Of a DNA stretch of 64,000 bases, positions 14,048 through 23,256 are shown piece after piece; the first letter of the stretch is position 1; each line of letters starts with the position of its first letter. Under the pieces are notes generated by a model. It made no database searches. It was given only the letters and a program-made list of their open reading frames with translations, and was not told the origin of the DNA. Both the position numbers and the translations under genes were made by a program. The stretch is from Hyalangium minutum. Its GTDB lineage: Bacteria > Myxococcota > Myxococcia > Myxococcales > Myxococcaceae. Location of the stretch: contig NZ_JMCB01000003.1 in NCBI RefSeq assembly GCF_000737315.1, positions 620,001-684,000 of the forward strand. Reading direction: 5' to 3'.

Positions 14048-14206
14048 CCCCTGAGTCGGAGACCGTCTCGGCGCGTCACAGACTCGGGTCGGAGGGGAAC
14101 GTCGAGAAGCTGTCAGGCTCAGGAGAACCAACGCACGGCGTAATGATTTGCGCCGCGCTTGCCTTCATCATGCCCAGCGCACAGTTCCCAAGTGGGGGAG
14201 AATCCA

Positions 14207-14401
14207 ATGGAATGGCTCGAGTTCAACCGCTGGTCGCCGGATGTACAGACGCGCATCGCGCTCCAGGTGGCCCGCCTGAATGAAGTCTCCGTGCACCTGC
14301 CGAAGACGCAGGTCACCGCCACGCAGGCCTATCACCTGCAGTCGATGCTGCGGCGGCACGCTTCCACCAACCCCTGGGGCCACCCCTCCGCCGAGTCCTG
14401 A
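14207..14401 (+). CDS. Small hypothetical protein (64 aa)
   Basis: ATG 14207 preceded by GGGGGAG; most third codon positions are G/C; fills the gap before the convergent menE stop. Confidence 0.65.
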   Translation: MEWLEFNRWSPDVQTRIALQVARLNEVSVHLPKTQVTATQAYHLQSMLRRHASTNPWGHPSAES

Positions 14402-14404
14402 CGC

Positions 14405-15847
14405 TCAAGAGGCCAGGGCTCGCTGGCGGAGCACCGTTCGCTCCACCTTGCCCATGGCGTTGCGTGGCAGCGCTTCGATCGACAGGAAGCGCGCGGGCAC
14501 CTTGAAGCCCGCCAGCGAGCGTCGGCACCACGCGTCGAGATCTCCGGGCAGTGGCTGCCCGGCTCGAGGCACCACAAAGGCTACCGGCACCTCGCCCCAG
14601 CGCGCCTCTGTGACGCCTACCACTGCGACCTCCTGCACGGCTGGGTGCGAGGCGATCACGGTCTCGATCTCCACCGGGTAGAGGTTCTCGCCGCCTCGGA
14701 CGATGAGGTCCGTGCGCCGCGAGAGCACTGTCAGCCGCCCTCGCTCGTCCAGCATTCCCATGTCCTTGGTGCGCAGCCAGCCGTCTCGGAGCGCCTCTCG
14801 CGTGGCCTCGGGGCGGTTCAGGTAACCGGCCATCACGGTGGGGCCGCGAACTTCGATGTCCCCTTCCCTCCCCGGCCCGAGCACCTCTCCCTCGGGTCCG
14901 ACGATGCGCACGTCCAACCCGGGCAGTGGAGGCCCTGCTGTGCGGCCGTCTGCCTCCAAGGGCCGCTCCGTCGTCACCTGCGAGCATGCCTCCGTGAGCC
15001 CGTAGGTTTGAAGCGCCAGGAGCCTCGCCGCCCGGGCCCGCGCCAACAGCGGTGTGGGCACCGGGCCTCCGCCGATCAGCGCGAGATGGAAGGACTCGGG
15101 CATCGGGCGGTCCGCTCGCGCATCGAGGACTCGCTCCAGGGTGGTGGCGACGAAGCTCGCGTGGGTGGCGCCCTCGGCGTCGATGGCCTGGTTCACGGCG
15201 TCCGCATCGAAGCGGTCGTGCAGCAGGAGGCAGCCTCCGTCGTAGGCGCAGCGCGTGAGCATCGCCAAGCCACCGACATGGAAGAGCGGCAGCGTGCCCA
15301 GCCAGCGCGGCGCTGGGTGCTTGCCCAGGTTCGCCTCCGAGCATCTCGCCGATGCGCGGAAGTTGCCTTCCGTGATCACCGCGCCCTTGGGCCGGCCTGT
15401 CGTCCCCGAGGTGAACAGCACGACGCGCGGCGTGGACTCCGCCAGCGGCTCACACGTGGGTGACGGTGACGTCACGGCGTCGGCCCAGGTCTCCAGGGGC
15501 TCGGCTCCGGGAAGGCGATCCACCCAGGAACTCAGGGCCAGGCGCAGGCGTGGGGAGACGTCCTCGACGAGCGGCGCCAGCTCCGCCGAGGTGAGCCGGG
15601 CATTGAGCGGCGCAAGCAGCGCCCCCAACCGTCCGAGCGCGAAGAACAGGAACACGCAACCCGGGTGGCTGGTCGACAGCAGCGCGACCCTATCCCCTGC
15701 CCCCACCCCTCGGGCCTCGAGCGCGGCTACCCAGCGGCCGATCTCCGCGTCCAGCTCCCGGTACGTCCAGGAGCGGCCTGCGAAGGTCAGGGCCTCTGCG
15801 TCGGGACTGCGGAAGGCCCCTTCCCGGATAGGACAGCTTGCAGTCAT
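14405..15847 (-). CDS. menE: O-succinylbenzoate-CoA ligase
   Basis: LFTSGTTGRPKG AMP-binding motif, LPLFHVGG, TYGLTE, GWLRTKD, GGENLYP; men cluster. Confidence 0.92.
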   Translation of the reverse strand: MTASCPIREGAFRSPDAEALTFAGRSWTYRELDAEIGRWVAALEARGVGAGDRVALLSTSHPGCVFLFFALGRLGALLAPLNARLTSAELAPLVEDVSPRLRLALSSWVDRLPGAEPLETWADAVTSPSPTCEPLAESTPRVVLFTSGTTGRPKGAVITEGNFRASARCSEANLGKHPAPRWLGTLPLFHVGGLAMLTRCAYDGGCLLLHDRFDADAVNQAIDAEGATHASFVATTLERVLDARADRPMPESFHLALIGGGPVPTPLLARARAARLLALQTYGLTEACSQVTTERPLEADGRTAGPPLPGLDVRIVGPEGEVLGPGREGDIEVRGPTVMAGYLNRPEATREALRDGWLRTKDMGMLDERGRLTVLSRRTDLIVRGGENLYPVEIETVIASHPAVQEVAVVGVTEARWGEVPVAFVVPRAGQPLPGDLDAWCRRSLAGFKVPARFLSIEALPRNAMGKVERTVLRQRALAS

Positions 15848-16986
15848 TTCGGAAGTCCCAGCCCTGGTGCATCCGGCAGCACGATGCGGCCTCCCACCGG
15901 CCGGAAGGCGCGCTCCGCCGGATCGTTCTCGTCGGTCTTGAAGAGGCTCCCCACGCCCAGCCCCGAGGCGAGCTTCCCCCAGGGCAGCGCCGCCGCCAGA
16001 TGTGCCGCTCCCGCCCGAGACACCACGCCATCAAGAGAGCTCGTTACGTACGCCCCCAGCCCCTGGCGCGCGGCCTGACGGGCGAACATCAGCGCGGGCA
16101 GCAGCCCGCCGAGCACCATGGGCTTGAGCACGAAGATCCTCGCAGCGGGCATTCCTCCCGCTGTTCCCAGTAGCACCGGGATGGAGGCTGGGTTCGCGAT
16201 GGCCTCGTCCGCCGCCAGGGGGAACTGCACGCGCCGCTGCACCCGCCACAAGGCCTGGTGATCGTCCGGCGCCACGGGCTGCTCGCACAGCTCGAGCCCG
16301 TACCATGACAGCCGCTCCAAGGCCTGGAGCGCCTCCTTCTCCGACCAACCCCCGTTCGCATCCAGCCGGAGGTTCACTTCCGAGCCCACGGCCTCACGGA
16401 CCGCCCGGACTCGTGCCTCGTCCGCGTCGATCGGTCGCCCCGCGACCTTGATCTTGAGCGTCCGATACCCCTCGGCCACCGCCCGGCGCGCCTCCTCGGC
16501 CAGCTCCTGCGGCCCGTCCGAGGTCAGCAGCGCATTGACCTCGACCTCCGAGCGCGCGCTCCGGCTCAGCAGCCGGCTCAGCGGGACTCCCAGCCTCTGC
16601 GCGAGCAGATCCAGCAGCGCCAGCTCCACCGCATGGTCCGCGGCAGGGGCCTCAGGCAGATCCTCCTCGACACGCAGGTGAATCCCCTTCCACTGAGTGG
16701 GATCCCCGCGAGGAATCATGAAGGCCTCTTCGATGGCATCCAGGCTGTCGCTGAACACCTGGTCCCGCAGCGCCTTCAGGTGGCTCTGAATCACGAGCTC
16801 ACAGGTGTCGAGCGGCTCGGTTCCGAACTCCGGCAACGGCATCGCCTCGCCCTGGCCGACCCGCCCTTCTTCGTCGACGAGCTGAACCAGGAAGCCCCGC
16901 CGCTCCCAGTAGGTCGCGCGCGCCGTCTTCAACGGACGGACGAGCTCGAGCCGGGAAGGCATCAACCTCGTCTCCGTGACGTGCAT
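15844..16986 (-). CDS. menC: O-succinylbenzoate synthase (enolase superfamily)
   Basis: GEAMPLPEFG, TLKIKVA, RLDANGGW, CEQP, ADEA, VLKPMVLGG. Confidence 0.9.
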   Translation of the reverse strand: MHVTETRLMPSRLELVRPLKTARATYWERRGFLVQLVDEEGRVGQGEAMPLPEFGTEPLDTCELVIQSHLKALRDQVFSDSLDAIEEAFMIPRGDPTQWKGIHLRVEEDLPEAPAADHAVELALLDLLAQRLGVPLSRLLSRSARSEVEVNALLTSDGPQELAEEARRAVAEGYRTLKIKVAGRPIDADEARVRAVREAVGSEVNLRLDANGGWSEKEALQALERLSWYGLELCEQPVAPDDHQALWRVQRRVQFPLAADEAIANPASIPVLLGTAGGMPAARIFVLKPMVLGGLLPALMFARQAARQGLGAYVTSSLDGVVSRAGAAHLAAALPWGKLASGLGVGSLFKTDENDPAERAFRPVGGRIVLPDAPGLGLPK

Positions 16987-16993
16987 CGGCGCC

Positions 16994-17941
16994 TCAGCTC
17001 AGGAACAACCCCACCGCGAAGAGTAGCCCGAAGACCAGCTGCAGACGCGCCGTGCCGCCCAGCGCTGCGTTCAGTGCCGCACCTTGAGCCTTCAACACGA
17101 GCTTCAGCGGCCCCACCGCCAGTGGAACGCTCAGGAGTGCGAGGAACACCCACGCGCTCGCGAGCCCCAGGCCGAACAGGATGAACGGGGTGGCGAACGA
17201 GGCCGCGAGCAGCACGAGGTACTCCGCCTTCCCCGCCCCCGTGCCCAGCCGGACCACCAGCGTGCGCTTGTTCGCCTTCACATCCGTATGCGCGTCGCGC
17301 AGGTTGTTGACGACGAGGAGCGCCGTGCCCAGCGCCCCCACGGGAACGGCGGCCCACCACGCCGCGGGGCTCACCGTGAGCGCCTGCACGTAGTAGGTGC
17401 CCGTCACCGCCACCAGACCGAAGAACACGAAGACGAAGATGTCCCCCAGCCCGTGGTACGCCAGCGGGAGCGGTCCACCCGTGTAGGCGTAGCCGCACAG
17501 CACCGACGTCAGGCCAATGGCCACGATGGGCCACCCGCCAATCCACACCAGGTAGATGCCCGTGAGGATGGCCAGCCCGAAGCACCCGATCGCGCTCGCC
17601 AGCACCGTGCGCGGAGAGATCAGCCCGCTCTGCGTCACGCGCACCGGTCCGAGCCGCTCCTCGGTGTCCGCGCCCTTCTTGAAGTCGTAGTAGTCGTTGG
17701 TGAGGTTGGTGCCGATCTGGATGAGCAGCGCCCCCAGGAGCGCCGCGAGCGCCGGCAGCCAGCGCCCCACGCCCGCCCCAAACGCGAGCCCCGTTCCCAC
17801 CGCCACCGGCACGAGCGCGGCCGTGAGCGTCTTGGGCCGGATGGCCATGATCCACGTCTTCAGCGTGGGCCGAGGTTGGCCCTGCGCTCCGGCAACCGGA
17901 GCGGGCGAACCGAGCGAGGGAGCGGACACTGCAGGCTTCAT
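16994..17941 (-). CDS. menA: 1,4-dihydroxy-2-naphthoate polyprenyltransferase
   Basis: RPKTL, QIGTNLTNDYYDFKKGAD, YTGGP, VNNLRDAHTD...KRTL; multi-TM; ATG 17941 overlaps the menH stop. Confidence 0.93.
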   Translation of the reverse strand: MKPAVSAPSLGSPAPVAGAQGQPRPTLKTWIMAIRPKTLTAALVPVAVGTGLAFGAGVGRWLPALAALLGALLIQIGTNLTNDYYDFKKGADTEERLGPVRVTQSGLISPRTVLASAIGCFGLAILTGIYLVWIGGWPIVAIGLTSVLCGYAYTGGPLPLAYHGLGDIFVFVFFGLVAVTGTYYVQALTVSPAAWWAAVPVGALGTALLVVNNLRDAHTDVKANKRTLVVRLGTGAGKAEYLVLLAASFATPFILFGLGLASAWVFLALLSVPLAVGPLKLVLKAQGAALNAALGGTARLQLVFGLLFAVGLFLS

Positions 17942-18774
17942 GGGGTGATCACAGGAGGCTTCTCGAACTGCGGCGCCTCGTACCACGGGGTGTGCAGGAA
18001 CGAGAGGACTTCGCGCGCGTAGGCCTCGGGCACCTCCAGGTGCGGCGCGTGCCCGCAGTTGGTGAAGGCGTGGCTCCAGACCACGGGCAGCTCGGTCGCC
18101 ATCTTGCGCGCGATCTCCGTGAACTTCTCATCCAGCGCCCCGGTCAGCAGCAGCGTGGGCAGGCGCTGGCGGTGCAGTTCCTGCCAGTAGCTCGGCTGGA
18201 ACCCGAGCCCCAGGCACTCCAGCGCGCCCACCAGCCCCTCCGCCGTGCAGGACTTGCGGCGAGCCCGCAACGCCTCGCTCTGGTCCGGCGGGAGCTGCTT
18301 CAGGCTCTCGAACATCGGCTGGGACTCCCAGCGCTCCAGGAAGGCGTCCACGCCCTGGGTCCGCAGCAAGGACACGAGCCGGCCGTCCGTCTCCCGCCGC
18401 TCCGCGCGCTCCATGCGCCGGCGCAGCCCCGGAGAGCCACTCTCCATGATCAGCCGCCCGAAGCGGTCCGGCCGGTGCAGCGCCGCCCCGAGCGCCAGGC
18501 GCGCTCCCATGGAGTAGCCCAGCACGTCCACCGAGGACACGCCGAGCTTCTCCACCAGCTCCACGAGCGCATCGATGGTCTCGAGGAAGCCGTCGCGGCC
18601 CTTCTTGTTGGGCAGCGGCGTCTCTCCGTGTCCGGGGAGATCCACCGCCACCGCCTTCACCGCGCTGCTCAGCCACGGGCGCAGGTGATCGAAAGCGGTG
18701 CGGTTTCCGGTGAAGCCATGCAGGAGCAGCAGGGGCCGATGCCCCTCTCCCCAGGTGCTGTACGCCAGGGTCAT
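17938..18774 (-). CDS. menH: SHCHC synthase (alpha/beta hydrolase)
   Basis: LLHGFTG, VDLPGHG, GYSMGAR (nucleophile elbow), GALDEKF, GHAPHLE; ATGA overlap with menD. Confidence 0.9.
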   Translation of the reverse strand: MTLAYSTWGEGHRPLLLLHGFTGNRTAFDHLRPWLSSAVKAVAVDLPGHGETPLPNKKGRDGFLETIDALVELVEKLGVSSVDVLGYSMGARLALGAALHRPDRFGRLIMESGSPGLRRRMERAERRETDGRLVSLLRTQGVDAFLERWESQPMFESLKQLPPDQSEALRARRKSCTAEGLVGALECLGLGFQPSYWQELHRQRLPTLLLTGALDEKFTEIARKMATELPVVWSHAFTNCGHAPHLEVPEAYAREVLSFLHTPWYEAPQFEKPPVITP

Positions 18775-20528
18775 GCCCATGGTCCTTCTCCCAGCGCGGC
18801 CCCCATCCGCGCGAAGAGCTGCCGGTGATGCTCTACATTCTGGGCCCGGTTCGTTTGGACCTCAACCAGATGCAACCCACCCTCCAGTCCCACCTTCACC
18901 GAGGTCCGCAGGGCCGGAGGCGAGTCCGGGCGGTGAAACTCCGCGCCATAGAGCGCCGCCGCATGCGACAGGTCCACCCCGTGCGGGGTACCGAAGAGCG
19001 GCTCGAAGTGCTCCGTGGCCTTGGCGATCGGGAGGAAGGAGAAGATGCCACCTCCATCGTTGTTCACCACCACCACGGTGAGCGACAGCTCGTGCCGGTG
19101 CGCGGTCAGCAGCCCGCCCACGTCATGCAGGAAGGCGAGATCGCCCGTGAGCAGCACCGTGGGCCGCCCCGAGGCCGCCGCCACCCCGAGCGCGCTGGAG
19201 GTGATTCCATCGATGCCGTTGGCCCCGCGGTTGGAGAGCACCCGGAGCGGCAGCGCGCTCCCGGGCGCGAAGGCGTCCACATCCCGGATGGGCATGCTGC
19301 TGGAGACGAACAGGTTCGCACCCGACGGCAGCGCGGCCACCACCTCGCGGGCGATGCGCGGCTCGGTGAGCTCGGACTGCTCGGCGAACGCGGCCTCGAG
19401 CGCGTTCCGGGCCAGGCGCTCGGCTTGGAGGAAGCTCTGGGCCCAGCGCCCCAGCCCCCGGGAGAGCCCTCGGGAGAGCGCCTCACATGCGGCCGTGGCC
19501 GAGCCCTCGATGACGTTCGCCGCCCGGTGGGCCGGATCGAACAGCGCGCCCTCGTCGCTGAACACGACGAGCTCCGCGCCCGCCGCCTCCAGCCACTGCT
19601 GCGGGACCTTGGGCGTCAGGCCTCCGCCGAAGCGCAGCACCAGCTCCGGCTTGTGGGCCTGGGCAAAGGGCGCGTGACGGAGGATCGCATCATATAAGGA
19701 GAGCATCCCAGCGCCGCCGCCGAAGCGGGCCTGCGAGGCGGCCTCGGCGATGACGGGGTAGCCCGTGGCGTGCGAGAGCGCGGTGATGGCCTCCGCGAAG
19801 CCGTCCTCCTCGTCCCGGGGTCCACAGACGATGATGCCCTTCTCGGTGCTGGCGATCCGGCGGCGCACCTCATCGATGGCGTGAGGGGCCGGCTGCCGCG
19901 CGGGCGGGGTAATGGCCGTCAGCAGCGCCCCGGGACGGCCCTCGCGAGCGAGCGCGGAGAGACGCTCCGCTCCGAACTCCTCCACCGTGGGCGCCAGGGG
20001 CTCGCGGAACGGCACATTGAGGTGCACAGCCCCTCGAGGTGCCCGCAGCGCCGCGCCCACCGCCCGGGAGGCCGTAGCACGCAGGTGCGTCAGGGCGATG
20101 TCACTGGCCTCGGGCAGGCCCAGGTCCGCGAAGAGGCGAGCGAACTCGCCGAACAGCCGCGCCTGGGGAATGGTCTGCGGCGCACCCCACCCCTGCAGCT
20201 CCAGCGGTCGATCCGCGGTGAGCACCAGGAGCGGCACGTGGGACATGGCCGCTTCGATCACCGCGGGATAGAAGTGCGCTCCCGCAGTGCCACTGGTGGC
20301 CACCAGCACCGCCGGCGCGCGCGAGTGCTTGCCCACGCCGAGCGCGAAGAAGCCAGCGCTCCGCTCGTCGATGACGGACCAGGTCTTCAGCCCTTCCACC
20401 CGATGGCATGCCAGCGCCAGCGGCGAGGAGCGTGAGCCCGGGGCTACCACGGCGTGACGGACGCCGCCGCGCACCAGCTCCTCCATCAGGGCCCGCGCCC
20501 AGAGCTGGTTAAGATTCGCGTCGGACAT
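18771..20528 (-). CDS. menD: SEPHCHC synthase (ThDP enzyme)
   Basis: APGSRSSPL, DERSAGFFALG, TSGTA, TADRP, SNRGANGIDG, GDLAFLHD, NNDGGGIF. Confidence 0.96.
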   Translation of the reverse strand: MSDANLNQLWARALMEELVRGGVRHAVVAPGSRSSPLALACHRVEGLKTWSVIDERSAGFFALGVGKHSRAPAVLVATSGTAGAHFYPAVIEAAMSHVPLLVLTADRPLELQGWGAPQTIPQARLFGEFARLFADLGLPEASDIALTHLRATASRAVGAALRAPRGAVHLNVPFREPLAPTVEEFGAERLSALAREGRPGALLTAITPPARQPAPHAIDEVRRRIASTEKGIIVCGPRDEEDGFAEAITALSHATGYPVIAEAASQARFGGGAGMLSLYDAILRHAPFAQAHKPELVLRFGGGLTPKVPQQWLEAAGAELVVFSDEGALFDPAHRAANVIEGSATAACEALSRGLSRGLGRWAQSFLQAERLARNALEAAFAEQSELTEPRIAREVVAALPSGANLFVSSSMPIRDVDAFAPGSALPLRVLSNRGANGIDGITSSALGVAAASGRPTVLLTGDLAFLHDVGGLLTAHRHELSLTVVVVNNDGGGIFSFLPIAKATEHFEPLFGTPHGVDLSHAAALYGAEFHRPDSPPALRTSVKVGLEGGLHLVEVQTNRAQNVEHHRQLFARMGAALGEGPWA

Positions 20529-21825
20529 CCCCGCCTCCGAGAGCCCGGAGCATCGCCAGGCTCTTCATCTCCGTCTCGCGCCACTCGGTTGCCGAGCTGG
20601 AGCCCTGGACGATCCCCGCGCCCACGAAGAGCCGGGCATGAGCGCCCCGCACCAGCGCCGAGCGCAGCGCCACCGCCATGTGCGCCCCCGACGGACCAAT
20701 CCATCCCACCGGCCCCGCGTACCAGCCCCGATCCAGCGCCTCGTGCTCGTGCAGGAAGCCCAGGGAGTGATCCCTGGGCACACCGCCCACCGCAGGCGTC
20801 GGGTGCAGCGCGGCGACCACCTGCGACGCCGTCACACCCTCGCGCAGCTCGGCACGGATGCCGGTGCGCAGGTGCACCACGTTCTTCAGCGTCAACAGCC
20901 GGGGCTCCTGATCCGCGGTGACGTGGTCGGCCAGGGGCCGCAGCGCCGCGAGGATGTAGCGCACCACCGAGTCATGTTCGCGGCGGTCCTTGTCGCTCGC
21001 GCCCAATCCGTCGGCCTGTCCAGGCGCCGCCGAGCCTGCCAGCGCCTCCGTCTCCAGCACGCGCCCATCGACGCGGCACAGCGTCTCCGGGGTGGCGCCC
21101 AGGAAGGCCACATCGCCCGGAGCCCGGAACAGGAACGTGACACAGCGCGGGTTCTGCTCGCGCAGGCGGGCCAGCACGTCGACCACATCAAACGGGCGAG
21201 AGCCCTCGGCCTCCACGGACCGGGCCATCACCACCTTCTGGAGCCGCCCGGCCGCAATGGCCTCCAGCGCGCGCTCCACCCGCGCCTCGAAGCCCTCGCG
21301 TGAGGAGGAGAGCTCGAGCGCCACGGGTGCGCCGCGTGGGTGCCGGTAGTCCGCGGGGAAGCTCGCCCGCACCCGCTCCAGCCGAGAGCGCACCAGATCC
21401 TCGCCTCCCTCCGCCTCCGGAGCGAAGGCCGCCACCGCCATGCCCTGGGCGACGCGCCACACGAGCAGCTCCGGCAGCGTCCAGCGCGCGAAGCCGAGCG
21501 CCTTCCAGTCCGCATCCGCCGGTGCCGTCGAGGCGAAGCGCATGCCGCCGAACCAGGGCCCGGGCAGCCGCGCGGGGGCTTCGCCCAACCACCTGAGCTC
21601 GAGGTGCGAGGAGAGCGAGCCCAGCACCTCGGACGCCTCCGTGGGGCTCCGAGCCTCCATCACCGCCGCCTCACCCCAGCCCGCGATGGCCTCCTGTTCC
21701 AGCGGCTGCTCCCAGTACAGGGTCGGCACGCCCAGCAGGCCCGCTCCCGCAAGCGGATCCGCGGAGGCCAGGGTCATCATCCCGGCCACCCAGCGTTGCC
21801 CCTTAGCGGGATTGTGCGTGGTCAT
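20509..21825 (-). CDS. menF: Isochorismate synthase
   Basis: KVVMAR, FLGATPETL, EALAGS, DKDRREH, LHPTPAVGG, RGWYAGPVG, LFVGAGIVQGS...EWRETEMK. The start could also be the downstream ATG near 21780. Confidence 0.92.
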   Translation of the reverse strand: MTTHNPAKGQRWVAGMMTLASADPLAGAGLLGVPTLYWEQPLEQEAIAGWGEAAVMEARSPTEASEVLGSLSSHLELRWLGEAPARLPGPWFGGMRFASTAPADADWKALGFARWTLPELLVWRVAQGMAVAAFAPEAEGGEDLVRSRLERVRASFPADYRHPRGAPVALELSSSREGFEARVERALEAIAAGRLQKVVMARSVEAEGSRPFDVVDVLARLREQNPRCVTFLFRAPGDVAFLGATPETLCRVDGRVLETEALAGSAAPGQADGLGASDKDRREHDSVVRYILAALRPLADHVTADQEPRLLTLKNVVHLRTGIRAELREGVTASQVVAALHPTPAVGGVPRDHSLGFLHEHEALDRGWYAGPVGWIGPSGAHMAVALRSALVRGAHARLFVGAGIVQGSSSATEWRETEMKSLAMLRALGGGDVRRES

Positions 21826-21986
21826 CAGCCTCTCTCATCGGGGTTCTTCCGCCTATCACCCCAGGTTGTCTTCTACGCGATTCCGGATATACATGGCTAC
21901 GGAGTTCAAAACCATGTGAACTCCATTGCAGAGGCCATGTGGGAGGAAGGCGGACTGAGGAGCCCGGCCCAGGCCTCGGGGGTCCG

Positions 21987-22676
21987 ATGAGCACTGAAGT
22001 GCGTCAGATGTTCTCCTCGATCGCCACGCGGTACGACGTGACGAACGAGGTGATGTCCTTGGGCATCCACCGGCTGTGGCGCCGGGCCGCCGTGAAGTAC
22101 AGCGGGGCCAAGGAGGGCGACCGAATCCTCGACTGTGCCACTGGCACCGGAGATCTGGCGCTGTCCTTCAAGCGGAAGGTGGGCGCCTCCGGCCACGTGG
22201 TGGGCACGGATTTCTGCCCGGAGATGCTGCAGAGCGCTCCCGGGAAGGCCTCGGAGGCGGGGCTCCAAGTGGAGTTCCAGGTGGCCGATGCCATGGCCCT
22301 CCCCTTCGCCGATGCCTCCTTTGATGTGGCCTCTATCTCCTTTGGCATCCGCAACGTGGATGACCCGGTGAAGTGCCTGAAGGAGATGGCGCGGGTGGTG
22401 AAGCCGGGCGGCCGCGTGGTGGTGCTGGAGTTCGGCCAGCCGCAAGGGCTCTTTGGCGCCCTGTTCCGGGTGTACGCCAAGACGATCATGCCGGCCCTCG
22501 GGGGCCTGCTCACCGGTAACCGGACCGCCTACGAGTACCTTCCCCGGACCGCGGCGGCCTTCCCCTCAGGGGACGCATTCCTGGCGCTGATGGATCAGGC
22601 AGGCGCCTATCACGAGCGGGTAGCCCATCCGCTCACGTTTGGGACATCCTACGTGTATGTCGGAACGGTCCGCTGA
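21987..22676 (+). CDS. menG: Demethylmenaquinone methyltransferase (UbiE/MenG)
   Basis: VRQMFSSIATRYDVTNEVMSLGIHRLWR, LDCATGTGD, ISFGIRNV, GGRVVVLEF, AYEYLP. Confidence 0.93.
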   Translation: MSTEVRQMFSSIATRYDVTNEVMSLGIHRLWRRAAVKYSGAKEGDRILDCATGTGDLALSFKRKVGASGHVVGTDFCPEMLQSAPGKASEAGLQVEFQVADAMALPFADASFDVASISFGIRNVDDPVKCLKEMARVVKPGGRVVVLEFGQPQGLFGALFRVYAKTIMPALGGLLTGNRTAYEYLPRTAAAFPSGDAFLALMDQAGAYHERVAHPLTFGTSYVYVGTVR

Positions 22677-23256
22677 CTCGCGGCGCCTCATTCTGGAGCA
22701 GCTTCTCGATGCGGTAGACCCTCGGCTCAGCCCTAGGCTGAGAGAGGTACTCGGCCAGCCGGGGCCCACCCTACTCCCCGCGGCCGGCCAAACGATGGTG
22801 CTCGCAGGCCACCGCAGCGCGGGCAAGACGCGGCTGCTGCCGGTGGTGAGCCAGTTGCTGGGCCGCCCTGGGTTGGACCTCGACGTGGAGCTCGAGCGGT
22901 CCTCCGGACGCCCGCTGAAGACCTGGGTGGCCGAAGATCCCAAGTCGTTCCGCGCCGCCGAGCGCCAGACGCTGGTGGAGCTGCCACCGGGGAGCCTGGT
23001 CGCCGTGGGAGGCGGGTTTCTCTCCCACCACCCGGACGCGCTGGCGGGAATGTTCACGGTGCTGATTCCAGTCTCCTTCGAGACGTACCGAGAACGCCTG
23101 CTCGCGGATACATCCCGCCCCAGGCTCCGGCCGGGAGTTACATTGGAGGAGGAGATCGCCACGGTGTTCCACGAGCGCGAAGCCCTGCATGCCCGCGTCC
23201 CCACCGTGTCTCTGGTGGACTTTCTCCGGACCTTCTGGCGTGAGGTGGCCCCGTGA
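22657..23256 (+). CDS. aroK: Shikimate kinase
   Basis: LAGHRSAGKT P-loop, DLDVELE, FRAAE, VAVGGG, RPRL; start uncertain (22639/22657). Confidence 0.85.
   Translation: MSERSADSRRLILEQLLDAVDPRLSPRLREVLGQPGPTLLPAAGQTMVLAGHRSAGKTRLLPVVSQLLGRPGLDLDVELERSSGRPLKTWVAEDPKSFRAAERQTLVELPPGSLVAVGGGFLSHHPDALAGMFTVLIPVSFETYRERLLADTSRPRLRPGVTLEEEIATVFHEREALHARVPTVSLVDFLRTFWREVAP

Noticed and set aside
14136-14151. Possible sigma54 -24/-12 promoter (CGGCGTAATGATTTGC) upstream of the 64-aa ORF
   Set aside because: The GG-to-GC spacing is 11 nt instead of the strictly required 10.
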